40,000 bases of DNA from an uncultured Acidobacteriota bacterium (lineage in GTDB: Bacteria; Acidobacteriota; Terriglobia; Terriglobales; Acidobacteriaceae): assembly GCA_963715675.1 (NCBI GenBank), contig OY970265.1, forward strand, positions 2,822,677 through 2,862,676, written 5' to 3'. Made by a program: the position numbers and the translations under genes. The notes under the pieces are model-generated. The model did not search any database, had not been told where the DNA came from, and saw only the letters and a list, made by a program, of their open reading frames with translations. This document shows, in pieces, positions 8,151 through 15,647 of this stretch (position 1 is the first letter of the stretch; every line of letters begins with the position of its first letter).

Positions 8151-8197
8151 AATAGCTTAAAATAGCAGCATACATATGTGGCTATTAGTGGTATAAT
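8151..8197 (+). promoter_or_regulatory. candidate promoter/operator in the divergent AT-rich intergenic region
   Basis: TGGTATAAT at 8189-8197 is an extended -10. The hexamer AATAGC occurs at 8151-8156 and 8161-8166 (10 bp apart), and its inverse GCTATT occurs at 8181-8186. Confidence 0.3.
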
Positions 8198-9203
8198 TGA
8201 ATTGAATAATATGGCGGAAAATATTTCGTTCTTCGCTACTGAAAAACCAAAACTCGGGCGGGGTCGACGAACGGAAATCCAGGACGAGATCCTCTGGGGT
8301 GTTCGAGATTCGTTACTCGGGATTCTTGAAGCCACTTGGATGGACGTGGGTGACAAACTTCCGCAAATAAAAACGCCTGCTGATGTACTCGCCGCCTTGG
8401 GGATATGGGAGAGGGACAATTTTCACAATCGACAGTACGTGACACAGATTTTGCTAAGGCCATCCTCCAGCCCAGCGACAAGCAAGTCGTTGAACGATAA
8501 ACGCCGTCGATGTCGTGCTTTGAATGAGTCCGCTCAAAGTGCACATGAGTCTATGGAGAAATGTTACAGGTCCTTCGAACCCGCGCTACGAATCTCCACC
8601 ACGCAATATTCCGAGAGCGAGCGAGAGGTTATTGACGAGAAAATCAGGGAACGCGCCAGAGCGCTCGCGCACGCGGGGGCAGAGTACATCGCTATCAAAG
8701 CTCGACAAAAAGATATGGACCGGGAATTACAGGATTGCGAAGCTCACTTTGCACGCGCCGAATTCGTAAGATTTTGCAGGAATAATCGCTACCGGTTGAC
8801 TACTCTGCATACAGCAAACGCTCTCGCCGGGTTGCCGTATATGGGCTGGAGACGATCTATCCAGAGATGCAGGACTGAGAAACCTGCAAGTTCAAACGGT
8901 GGTACGATTCAGGTTTTTAACACCATAAAGCGCATTGTCCAGTCCTGTCCTAGAAAATCTGGTTTGATCAAGCACGCCGAAAAGTATCTGAGGAATCCGG
9001 TTCGTGTTGGCTCCAATTCGTACGGGGTCTCCGAACTGCAACAAAAGTGGTTCTACCTGCGATGGTCCATCAAAACTGTGTTGGAAACAGGCATGCGCAC
9101 GCGCGATTTGCCCTTCGCGATTGCAAGGGAGTATGACAAACGCAAGAATCACCCTTCTAACGTGGACTTACTTTTTGAAGGGGAAGAACGCATTGTGAGT
9201 TGA
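8178..9203 (+). CDS. hypothetical protein (about 330-341 aa) immediately upstream of the Cas1-like gene
   Basis: Long ORF. The listed start is a GTG at 8178, and ATG at 8211 (MAENISFF) is an alternative. It ends 45 nt before the likely Cas1 ATG. No recognisable domain. Confidence 0.55.
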   Translation: MAISGIIELNNMAENISFFATEKPKLGRGRRTEIQDEILWGVRDSLLGILEATWMDVGDKLPQIKTPADVLAALGIWERDNFHNRQYVTQILLRPSSSPATSKSLNDKRRRCRALNESAQSAHESMEKCYRSFEPALRISTTQYSESEREVIDEKIRERARALAHAGAEYIAIKARQKDMDRELQDCEAHFARAEFVRFCRNNRYRLTTLHTANALAGLPYMGWRRSIQRCRTEKPASSNGGTIQVFNTIKRIVQSCPRKSGLIKHAEKYLRNPVRVGSNSYGVSELQQKWFYLRWSIKTVLETGMRTRDLPFAIAREYDKRKNHPSNVDLLFEGEERIVS

Positions 9204-9247
9204 AGCCCTCTCCCGAGTTGCTCCAATTGTGGAATACGGAGGAATCA

Positions 9248-10813
9248 ATGAACACGAGCAAAGTGTCGATTTCAGATATCGATCCAGGGCGACAGGGAGT
9301 CGTTACTCTGTCTGGGTACGGGATTCATGTCGGAGTTGACCGGGGTCACCTGCTTTTGGAAGACGGAATCGCTGCCGATCGCCACCGGGCCAGATTCCCG
9401 CGAGTAGGACATGGGCTCAAACGTCTGGTGGTCATCGGCTCGGACGGGATGGTGTCCCTCGCAGCACTCCGCTGGCTCGCCGATCAAGATGTTGCTTTCG
9501 CAATGTTAGAACGCAATGGCAAGACACTGTGTGTCACCGGTCCAGTTGGATCGTCTACTGCAAAATTGAGACGCGCTCAAGGTCTAGCCATCAGTAATGG
9601 TGTGGGGCTTGAAATCTGCCACAAACTGATCGACGCCAAACTACAAGGCCAAGAAAAAGTTCTACGGGAACGTCTGAATTGCCAGCCGACGGCGGACGCA
9701 ATCGCTCGCTTTCGGAACAAGCTAGGTTCGGCAGAGAGTTTTGACGCGATCCGTAATCTCGAAGCGAACGCGGCCTCTGCGTATTTTCGTGAGTGGCGAG
9801 ATCTTCCGGTGACCTGGCCGAAGGGTGATCTGCAACGAATCCCAGCACACTGGCGATCTGCGGGGAGTAGGCAATCTCCTCTTAGTGGCGGACCTCGCCT
9901 CGCCGTGACGCCTGTTCATGCCATCCTAAATTACTGCTTTGCCTTGGTTGAAGCCGAAACTAGACTAGCCCTCTCTGCGTTAGGTCTCGATTCGGGCTTG
10001 GGGGTAGGTCTGCACGCGGACACTGCCGATCGTGACTCTCTCGCTCTCGATGTTCTCGAACCCGTACGCCCCCAGATTGAGACGTGGTTACTTGATTGGG
10101 TTGCGAGGGAACCATTGCGCAGGGCCGATTTCTTCGAAACTGCGACCGGCAATTGTCGCCTCATGTCCCAGATATGCACCAAGCTGGGCGGGACCGCTCC
10201 AGTCTGGGGAAAGCTGGTTGCGCCGTGGGCTGAATACGTGGCCCGAACTCTCTGGACTGGAGCAAAATCTGGACGCACTCACAATTCAGTTCTTCCGACA
10301 CGTCTCACCCAGCAGCGACGTACGGAAGCCAAGGGCAAGGTCTGGATAACCGCCATTGAACCGCCAAAGACGGATCATCTCTGTCGCGGGTGTGGAAAGA
10401 CCGTCCAAACTGAGAGTACGAACTGTGGCGAGTGTGCCATTGGCGGAGCGACGGAACGCCTGATCAGCGCTGCGAAACTTGGCCGCGTGGCTGCACGGAG
10501 CCCGGAAGCTCGTGCCAAACATGTGGCCTCGCGGCGGCGGCACGCAGAGGCATGCTCGGCCTGGGACGCATCGACGCAACCAGCTTGGCTTACCAGCGAA
10601 GTGTTCACGCAACAAATACAGCCGCTGCTCGAAAAAGTCACCACGTCCGCTATTTGCTCACGAATTGGTGTCTCGCGTTGGTACGCAGGCCGAATTCGGC
10701 AAGGCTATCTGCCGCATCCGAGGCATTGGCAGGCGCTGGCGGATTTGGCTGGGAAGACCAATCCCCTCTTCCCACACGCTCCGCTATGCAGTAGCCTTGA
10801 GAGTCCTCTGTAA
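9248..10813 (+). CDS. cas1: Cas1-family integrase (casposase-like) with C-terminal zinc ribbon and HTH; 3' end replaced by IS3 insertion
   Basis: ATG at 9248 follows GGAGGA. Cas1-like blocks are GYGIHVGVDRGHLLLEDG, LKRLVVIGSDGMVSLAALRWLADQDVAFAML, KLRRAQ, IDAKLQGQEKVL, NLEANAASAYF (Glu), PVHAILNYCFALVEAE and GLGVGLHAD..DRDSLALDVLEPVRPQIE (His, Asp/Glu). A zinc ribbon CRGCG...CGEC and an HTH ICSRIGVSRWYAGRIRQG follow. The stop codon TAA (10811-10813) lies inside the IS3 left inverted repeat. Confidence 0.75.
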   Translation: MNTSKVSISDIDPGRQGVVTLSGYGIHVGVDRGHLLLEDGIAADRHRARFPRVGHGLKRLVVIGSDGMVSLAALRWLADQDVAFAMLERNGKTLCVTGPVGSSTAKLRRAQGLAISNGVGLEICHKLIDAKLQGQEKVLRERLNCQPTADAIARFRNKLGSAESFDAIRNLEANAASAYFREWRDLPVTWPKGDLQRIPAHWRSAGSRQSPLSGGPRLAVTPVHAILNYCFALVEAETRLALSALGLDSGLGVGLHADTADRDSLALDVLEPVRPQIETWLLDWVAREPLRRADFFETATGNCRLMSQICTKLGGTAPVWGKLVAPWAEYVARTLWTGAKSGRTHNSVLPTRLTQQRRTEAKGKVWITAIEPPKTDHLCRGCGKTVQTESTNCGECAIGGATERLISAAKLGRVAARSPEARAKHVASRRRHAEACSAWDASTQPAWLTSEVFTQQIQPLLEKVTTSAICSRIGVSRWYAGRIRQGYLPHPRHWQALADLAGKTNPLFPHAPLCSSLESPL

Positions 10814-10876
10814 TGCACCCCTGTGAAACTGGACAGGATCATAAGGTATGATTCAGGGCCTCCGCCAGGAGGCGAG

Positions 10877-11167
10877 ATGCCAAGAAAAGCGCAAGTGCAG
10901 AGAAGTGCCGAAGAGAAGTTTGCCATCGTGATCGAGGGTCTGAAGAGCGGCAACATTGCTGAGACCTGTCGCACCCACCAGATCGCCGCCACGCTCTATT
11001 ACCGCTGGAAAGAGGAAGCCGAAAAAGCGGCGGTAGCCGCGTTGGGCGGGAAAGCCGCTGCGCCCCATGGCGGCGAGGAACAGCGCAAGCGCATCCGCGA
11101 ACTGGAGCGCAGCCTGGGCAAGGCCCACGTGCAGATCGACATACTAAAAAACGTTCTGGGCGAATGA
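10877..11167 (+). CDS. IS3-family transposase OrfA (HTH)
   Basis: ATG at 10877 follows AGGAGG. The protein MPRKAQVQRSAEEKFAIV...YYRWKEE has a leucine-zipper-like tail. It is typical of IS3 OrfA. Confidence 0.85.
   Translation: MPRKAQVQRSAEEKFAIVIEGLKSGNIAETCRTHQIAATLYYRWKEEAEKAAVAALGGKAAAPHGGEEQRKRIRELERSLGKAHVQIDILKNVLGE
11146..11152 (+). other. programmed -1 ribosomal frameshift heptamer A AAA AAC
   Basis: In the orfA frame the sequence reads CT[A AAA AAC] GTT. The -1 frame continues K K R S G R M S C G Q, which is the orfB frame. Confidence 0.6.
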
Positions 11168-12048
11168 GCTGTGGCCAGGTTCATTCGCAAGCCCACCAGT
11201 TGGTGGCCGCAGGACAAACCGCCCAACTGGTGGCGGAGACCTTGGAGATCAGCCGCTCCAGTCTGTATTATCGCCGGCAGGCACGCAGGTCGCGCGCCGA
11301 TCGCCGCTACGACGAACGCATCGTCGAGGTCTGCGGCGAAAAGCCAGTGTATGGCTATCGCCGGGTGCAATGGTGGCTGGAACAGGTGAGTGGGTTGAAG
11401 CTGAACCGCAAGCGGGTATTGCGCGTGATGCGCGAACGCGGCCTGCTGGTACGCAGCCGCCGTCTCCGGGTGACGCGCAGAAAAGACTGGAGCACGGTGA
11501 ACGTCTCGCGACCGGACCAGGTGTGGCAGATGGACATGACCAAGGTGTGGGCCGGTCCTGCGACCGGCTGGGCGTATCTGGTCTCGGCGCTGGACTGCTG
11601 CACCCGCGAAATCGTGGGCTGGGACTTGAGCCTGCGCTGCCGCACCCAGGACGCTCTGGCCGCGCTCCACCGCGCCCTGCGAGAGGTTTTGCCTTGCGAT
11701 CCTAGTAGAAAGGGTTTGACTTTGACGACCGACAACGGCACCCAGTTCACCAGTGCCCGCTTCATCGCTACCCTGGGGCAGCTCGGCATCACTCATCGCC
11801 GAACCGCCTACAACCATCCCGAAGGCAACGGACGTATCGAGCGTTTCCACCGCTCGCTCAAGGAAGAGGAGGTTTGGCTCAACGAATACCAGTCGCTCGA
11901 TCAGGCCCGCGATTCCATCGCCCGCTGGATCCACCAGTACAATCATCAGCGGCCTCATCAGTCACTCAAGAACCGAACGCCCGCCGCGACCCGGCTGGTG
12001 CTCACTCAACCGCAACCCCTAACTTATATCGAGGCCCTTTGTGTCTAG
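11164..12048 (+). CDS. IS3-family transposase OrfB (DDE/rve integrase core)
   Basis: The DDE residues fall in WQMDMTKV (D), LTTDNGTQFTS (D) and PEGNGRIERFHRSLKEE (E). The ATGA overlap with orfA is present. Confidence 0.9.
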   Translation: MSCGQVHSQAHQLVAAGQTAQLVAETLEISRSSLYYRRQARRSRADRRYDERIVEVCGEKPVYGYRRVQWWLEQVSGLKLNRKRVLRVMRERGLLVRSRRLRVTRRKDWSTVNVSRPDQVWQMDMTKVWAGPATGWAYLVSALDCCTREIVGWDLSLRCRTQDALAALHRALREVLPCDPSRKGLTLTTDNGTQFTSARFIATLGQLGITHRRTAYNHPEGNGRIERFHRSLKEEEVWLNEYQSLDQARDSIARWIHQYNHQRPHQSLKNRTPAATRLVLTQPQPLTYIEALCV

Positions 12049-12067
12049 TTTAGGAGGGTGCATTACA

Positions 12068-12647
12068 GATCGTAATCATCGATTTGTCTCAGGGAAACCC
12101 AGAAATTCAAACGCTATATTCAGAGCGCATATGTCGGCATATCTTCACGGATGCGATGGCGCGGTTCATTACGAACAAGCCGAACAACTTCGTGCAATTC
12201 TACTTTGAAGAGGCCCACAATCTGTTCCCCAAAAAGGAAGACAAGGACCTCAGCCAAATTTACAATCGGCTCGCAAAAGAAGGAGCCAAGCTAAATCTCG
12301 GGTTGATATACGCAACCCAAGAGGTCTCCTCAATTAGTTCAAATATCCTGAAGAACACGCAAAACTGGTTCATCGCTCATTTGAACAATGAGGATGAAAC
12401 GAAAGAAATAAAAAAGTGGCCAATCACCCCAGTTCTAGAATTCTTCAGAAGTTTGCCAAGCAAACGGTCGTGGGTACCCCCTGATGATCTCCACAAGAGA
12501 ACGACCGGTGCAACTTTCGTATTCTACAGAGAGCGGTCGGATGTATTGTGGGTTGGCAGAGCGTTTTCTGTCGTCCGAAATTGCAAGCAGGTATCGCGGG
12601 AAGGTTCAACTTCTCTTCACCTCGCCCCCGTTTCCGCTAAATCGTAA
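12068..12647 (+). pseudogene. HerA/FtsK-superfamily (DUF87-like) ATPase, C-terminal fragment truncated by the IS3
   Basis: The reading frame is open from the first base after the IS (QIVIIDLSQGNPE...). It has the Walker-B-like FYFEEAHNLFP, then LAKEGAKLNLGLIYATQEVSSISSNILKNTQNWFIAHLNNEDE. No Walker A is present. The 3' tail overlaps the methyltransferase ORF and may be out of frame. Confidence 0.6.
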
Positions 12648-13425
12648 AAAGAAGTATGGAAATCTGACCGGTCCCGAGTATCAGGAATGGCTTGCCGCCT
12701 TTGGGCCGTCTTTTCGCAAGATGCTAGCTCCTGGTGGTTCCATTGTCTTGGAGCTCGGCAACGCATGGGAACCAGGCAGACCGATAATGTCGACGCTGGC
12801 TCTTGAGGCCTTGCTGGCGTTTAGAGCGAAAGGGAATCTCCGACTGGTCCAACAATTCGTGGCCCACAATCCAGCCCGCCTCCCCAGCCCAGCTCAATGG
12901 GTTAACGTGGAGCGCATACGAGTGAAGGATTCCTTTACGCATCTGTGGTGGCTTGCGCCGTCCGACAGACCCTACGCTGATAATCGGTCTGTGCTCCAAG
13001 CGTATAGCGACTCCATGAAAGAGCTCCTTAGGTCCCGCCACTACAATTCAGGTAAGCGCCCGTCAGGGCACAAGGTTGGCAAAGAATCTTTTCTCCGAGA
13101 CAACGGCGGTTCAATTCCATCAAATGTTCTTAATTTCTCCAACACTTCGTCGGCAGATGTCTATCAGGAGTATTGTCGTCGGAAAGAGCTAAAACCCCAC
13201 CCTGCAAGAATGCAAATCGGTGTGGCAGAGTTTTTCATCAAATTCCTTACTCGAAGGGGCGACGTTGTTTTCGATCCCTTCGCGGGCAGCAACACCACAG
13301 GGGCGGCTGCTGAGGCGTTGGGACGGAAGTGGATTTCAGTGGAAGCGAATCTCGATTACATCAAGAGCTCGCGGGGACGGTTTAGTGGATGCGAGAGCCG
13401 CGTTCAGCCGGGAAAACACACATGA
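12484..13425 (+). CDS. beta-class DNA methyltransferase (motif IV TSPPF; probable N4-cytosine or N6-adenine)
   Basis: Motif IV is LLFTSPPF near the N-terminus and motif I is VVFDPFAGSNTTGAAAEALGRKWISVE near the C-terminus, the beta-group IV-TRD-I order. SPPF/SPPY is typical of m4C enzymes such as M.PvuII. The start could be the internal ATG near 12541 (MYCGLAERF). Confidence 0.8.
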   Translation: MISTRERPVQLSYSTESGRMYCGLAERFLSSEIASRYRGKVQLLFTSPPFPLNRKKKYGNLTGPEYQEWLAAFGPSFRKMLAPGGSIVLELGNAWEPGRPIMSTLALEALLAFRAKGNLRLVQQFVAHNPARLPSPAQWVNVERIRVKDSFTHLWWLAPSDRPYADNRSVLQAYSDSMKELLRSRHYNSGKRPSGHKVGKESFLRDNGGSIPSNVLNFSNTSSADVYQEYCRRKELKPHPARMQIGVAEFFIKFLTRRGDVVFDPFAGSNTTGAAAEALGRKWISVEANLDYIKSSRGRFSGCESRVQPGKHT

Positions 13426-13470
13426 ATCAGATGGGGTTGCGCCAGCTGTGCCTAGGGTAGACCGGGAGCT

Positions 13471-13818
13471 ATGATTGCTCGCATTTACATTGCCGGACCG
13501 TACACAAACGGGGACGTTGCCGTCAACGTTCGAAATGCGTACGAAGCAGCAAACCGGCTTGCAGACTTAGGCTTCGCACCATTCGTGCCGCACGCGACTC
13601 ATTTCTGGCACATGCTTTTTCCCCGTCCATACAAGTTTTGGCTCGAATTAGATAATCAGTTTCTACCATGCTGTGCGGCGGTTCTTCGTCTGCCCGGACC
13701 TTCGAAAGGTGCCGACGCGGAAGTCCAACTTGCGAAGAATCTTGGAATTCCGGTTTTCGAGGACATCGACAAATTAGTTGAGTTTTTCCGAAGCACCACA
13801 GCTAAGGAAAGGACCTGA
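13471..13818 (+). CDS. DUF4406 / nucleoside 2-deoxyribosyltransferase-like small protein
   Basis: 115 aa. The N-terminal IYIAGPYTNGD...N...A and a later SKGADAEVQLA segment fit the DUF4406-like pattern. This is a memory-based assignment. Confidence 0.5.
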   Translation: MIARIYIAGPYTNGDVAVNVRNAYEAANRLADLGFAPFVPHATHFWHMLFPRPYKFWLELDNQFLPCCAAVLRLPGPSKGADAEVQLAKNLGIPVFEDIDKLVEFFRSTTAKERT

Positions 13819-13821
13819 CGT

Positions 13822-14442
13822 ATGAGCATCGAGCCGGACAAGGCGATCGAGCGATCTGTCGACCATGTTCAGAGAATCTATGCTGTAATTATCGCTCTCG
13901 CGATTTCCCAGGCGATTCAGAGCCTTTTGAAGAACCCTAATGACACGATCGGGGAGCTGAATCTCGCGCATATACCTGCTGGACTGCCAGCCTTTATAGC
14001 TTTCTTAGTAACTCTCGTACCCTTCTGGCAAGGGATGAATCGCCACCTTGATCGTTGTTATCTAGAGAAGAAAACAGTCGTTGTGCAGCGCGCTCTCCTG
14101 CTCGACTTCGCGGTTTTCTTTGTGGAGGCCATCTTCCTCTTCGGGGCAGGATGGTCGATCAAATCGGATATCAACACATTTTACTGGCTTGGTGGGTTGC
14201 TTTGCGTTGACATGATTTGGGCCATAGTCTCTCATTACATCCATTTTCCGGGAACAAAATCGCACGCGCTGAAATGGTCCGCTATTAACGTGTGCGCAAT
14301 AGTCATTGCCATCTTGGTGGTCGAGTTTCCCTTTCAGCACAAGCAATTCGTCCTGACGGTAATAGCAGTCGGGAGGACAATAGCGGACTACGTGTTTTCA
14401 GGAGGCTTTTATTTTCCCAGCCCCCCAGTCGTAAGCCGCTAG
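13822..14442 (+). CDS. polytopic membrane protein, unknown function
   Basis: 206 aa with about 5-6 hydrophobic helices (IYAVIIALAISQAI, LPAFIAFLVTLVPFW, LLLDFAVFFVEAIFLFGAGW, WLGGLLCVDMIWAIV, AINVCAIVIAILVV...). It starts 4 nt after the preceding stop. Confidence 0.55.
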   Translation: MSIEPDKAIERSVDHVQRIYAVIIALAISQAIQSLLKNPNDTIGELNLAHIPAGLPAFIAFLVTLVPFWQGMNRHLDRCYLEKKTVVVQRALLLDFAVFFVEAIFLFGAGWSIKSDINTFYWLGGLLCVDMIWAIVSHYIHFPGTKSHALKWSAINVCAIVIAILVVEFPFQHKQFVLTVIAVGRTIADYVFSGGFYFPSPPVVSR

Positions 14443-14463
14443 TCTTGGCGGTGCGGTTGTTCA

Positions 14464-14498
14464 GGGGTGCATATTCCATCCCATTGTATTCTCACCCC
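14464..14498. repeat. right terminal inverted repeat of the casposon-like element
   Basis: GGGGTGCATATTCCATCCCATTGTATTCTCACCCC, compared with 3843-3878 and 3893-3928. Confidence 0.75.
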
Positions 14499-14512
14499 GG
14501 CAAACCACCGGA
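14499..14512. repeat. 14-bp direct repeat GGCAAACCACCGGA (candidate target-site duplication, copy 2)
   Basis: Identical to 3879-3892. The next two bases (GG) also match, so the duplication could be read as 14-16 bp. Confidence 0.7.
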
Positions 14513-14808
14513 GGCGCCGTTCTAAGATGGCCAGGCTCAACCAATATCTGGTCCCAAAATCTTTTCCCAGTGGTGCGAACCTGCCCCAGGCGTATACACT
14601 GGGTGCGTCGTTGGGAGTCAAGGAGATTCGTGTTTAGGGCAGTTTGAGGTGCTGGGGAATAAGTTTTGAAGCAGTTTGGTAGCAACCATGGATTTGCTCT
14701 TTCCACAGTGATCCGGCAAATTGCTCCCACTACGTCGCCAAATTCCTCTTCCAAGTCAACCCGACCCTGAAGGTCAACTCTAGTCATTCCAAAGCGGAGG
14801 ATACACAA

Positions 14809-15465
14809 GTGAAAAAGACTCTGGTAGTTTGCCTGGCCCTGCTGGTGTTCGCTGGCTTGAGTGCGTTGGCCCAAGACAGTGGCTCCAGAACCATCACCAT
14901 CAACGGCGGAACAACTTCGGTATATATGGGGACCACAGAGTCGCCCCACGGCGTAAATCGGGAAGCTTGCATCGGCTTCCATGACAACATCTGCGGCCTC
15001 GGCTATGTGGCAAAAATTGGCTGGACCGTTTCCGACGGCAGCCCACTCAACCTCGAATGGTCACCGGCCAACCAGTTCAAATCTGCGAAGTCCGGCACCA
15101 CCAAAAAGATTAGCGTGGGCCTCGGCTTTATTCAGGGCACCAACACCACCCTCATTGAACTCGTCAAAGATTGCAACAATAAGCCATGCACCAATCCCGA
15201 CGGCCTGCCGAAGAGCGCGCAACTGTGTCATGGAACGGTCAGGAACATGCCCACTTTCGGCACCACTGGGACCACCGTGGTCTCCTTCCCCTGCGTCGCG
15301 AAGCTTACCAAGGGCAAGAACTATTGGGTCCTGATGCAGTCGCCCGCCAACTCCTGGCTGGCGTGGAACACTTCCGACGCGGCCATGGGCCCGGGCTACT
15401 TTGGAGAAAATGACAGTTGGGTCAACGCCGGCACCCAACCGATGGGCGCACTCATAGTCCAGTAG
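14809..15465 (+). CDS. secreted hypothetical protein
   Basis: GTG start is preceded by GGAGGA. The signal peptide is MKKTLVVCLALLVFAGLSALAQ. No family recognised. Confidence 0.6.
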   Translation: MKKTLVVCLALLVFAGLSALAQDSGSRTITINGGTTSVYMGTTESPHGVNREACIGFHDNICGLGYVAKIGWTVSDGSPLNLEWSPANQFKSAKSGTTKKISVGLGFIQGTNTTLIELVKDCNNKPCTNPDGLPKSAQLCHGTVRNMPTFGTTGTTVVSFPCVAKLTKGKNYWVLMQSPANSWLAWNTSDAAMGPGYFGENDSWVNAGTQPMGALIVQ

Positions 15466-15496
15466 TACCGCCTTCCTACCGACGGGTGCGGGTGCC

Positions 15497-15531
15497 CCTA
15501 TAAACCCGCCAAACGATGGCGGGTTTATAGG
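15497..15531. terminator. hairpin between convergent genes (possible bidirectional terminator)
   Basis: CCTATAAACCCGCC-aaacgat-GGCGGGTTTATAGG has a perfect 14-bp stem. It has no clear U-tract on either strand. Confidence 0.35.
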
Positions 15532-15647
15532 AAACGGGGGGAAATGCTATACGCCTGGATGCCCGAAGCGGGATTTTGAGCGTAATGGACATTTTGCATC
15601 AACTATCAAAGTGTGATCTTGAAGACTATGTCGCAGCCCCAATTTGC

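Larger units (their letters stand above)
10809..12067 (+). mobile_element. IS3-family insertion sequence (1259 bp), apparently intact
   Basis: IRL is TGTAATGCACCCCTGTGAAACTGGACA at 10809. IRR ends ...GGGTGCATTACA at 12067 (12/12 terminal match, then imperfect). It has orfA, orfB and a slippery site. The flanks CTC and GAT give no direct repeat. Confidence 0.85.
3893..14498. mobile_element. casposon-like element (decayed): TIR-bounded, Cas1-type integrase + family-B polymerase remnant + HNH + HTH + cargo, carrying a nested IS3
   Basis: TIRs at 3893-3928 and 14464-14498 are flanked by the 14-bp direct repeat. Gene content is listed as separate features. No cas2 or CRISPR array is present in the window. 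Confidence 0.65.

Noticed and set aside
10999-11958. 319-aa minus-strand ORF inside the IS3 element, and similar antisense ORFs inside the IS481 and IS256 transposase genes (for example 33400..34380 and 17635..17982).
   Set aside because: They are antisense shadows of well-supported DDE transposase genes and have no independent motifs.
14499-14660. A tRNA gene or tRNA 3' end as the integration target next to the 14-bp duplication, as seen for some casposons.
   Set aside because: By eye, no T-arm/acceptor pattern (GGTTCGA.TCC ... CCA) or cloverleaf-compatible segment occurs around either copy of the 14-mer. A tRNA scan of the region would be needed to be sure.
14461-14982. 173-aa minus-strand ORF, and the 81-aa ORF 3679..3924, both ending in ...PPVVCRGENT.GWNMHP.
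   Set aside because: The shared peptide is simply the translation of the TIR plus the 14-mer. The ORFs run through non-coding repeat DNA and, in one case, antisense to a secreted-protein gene start.
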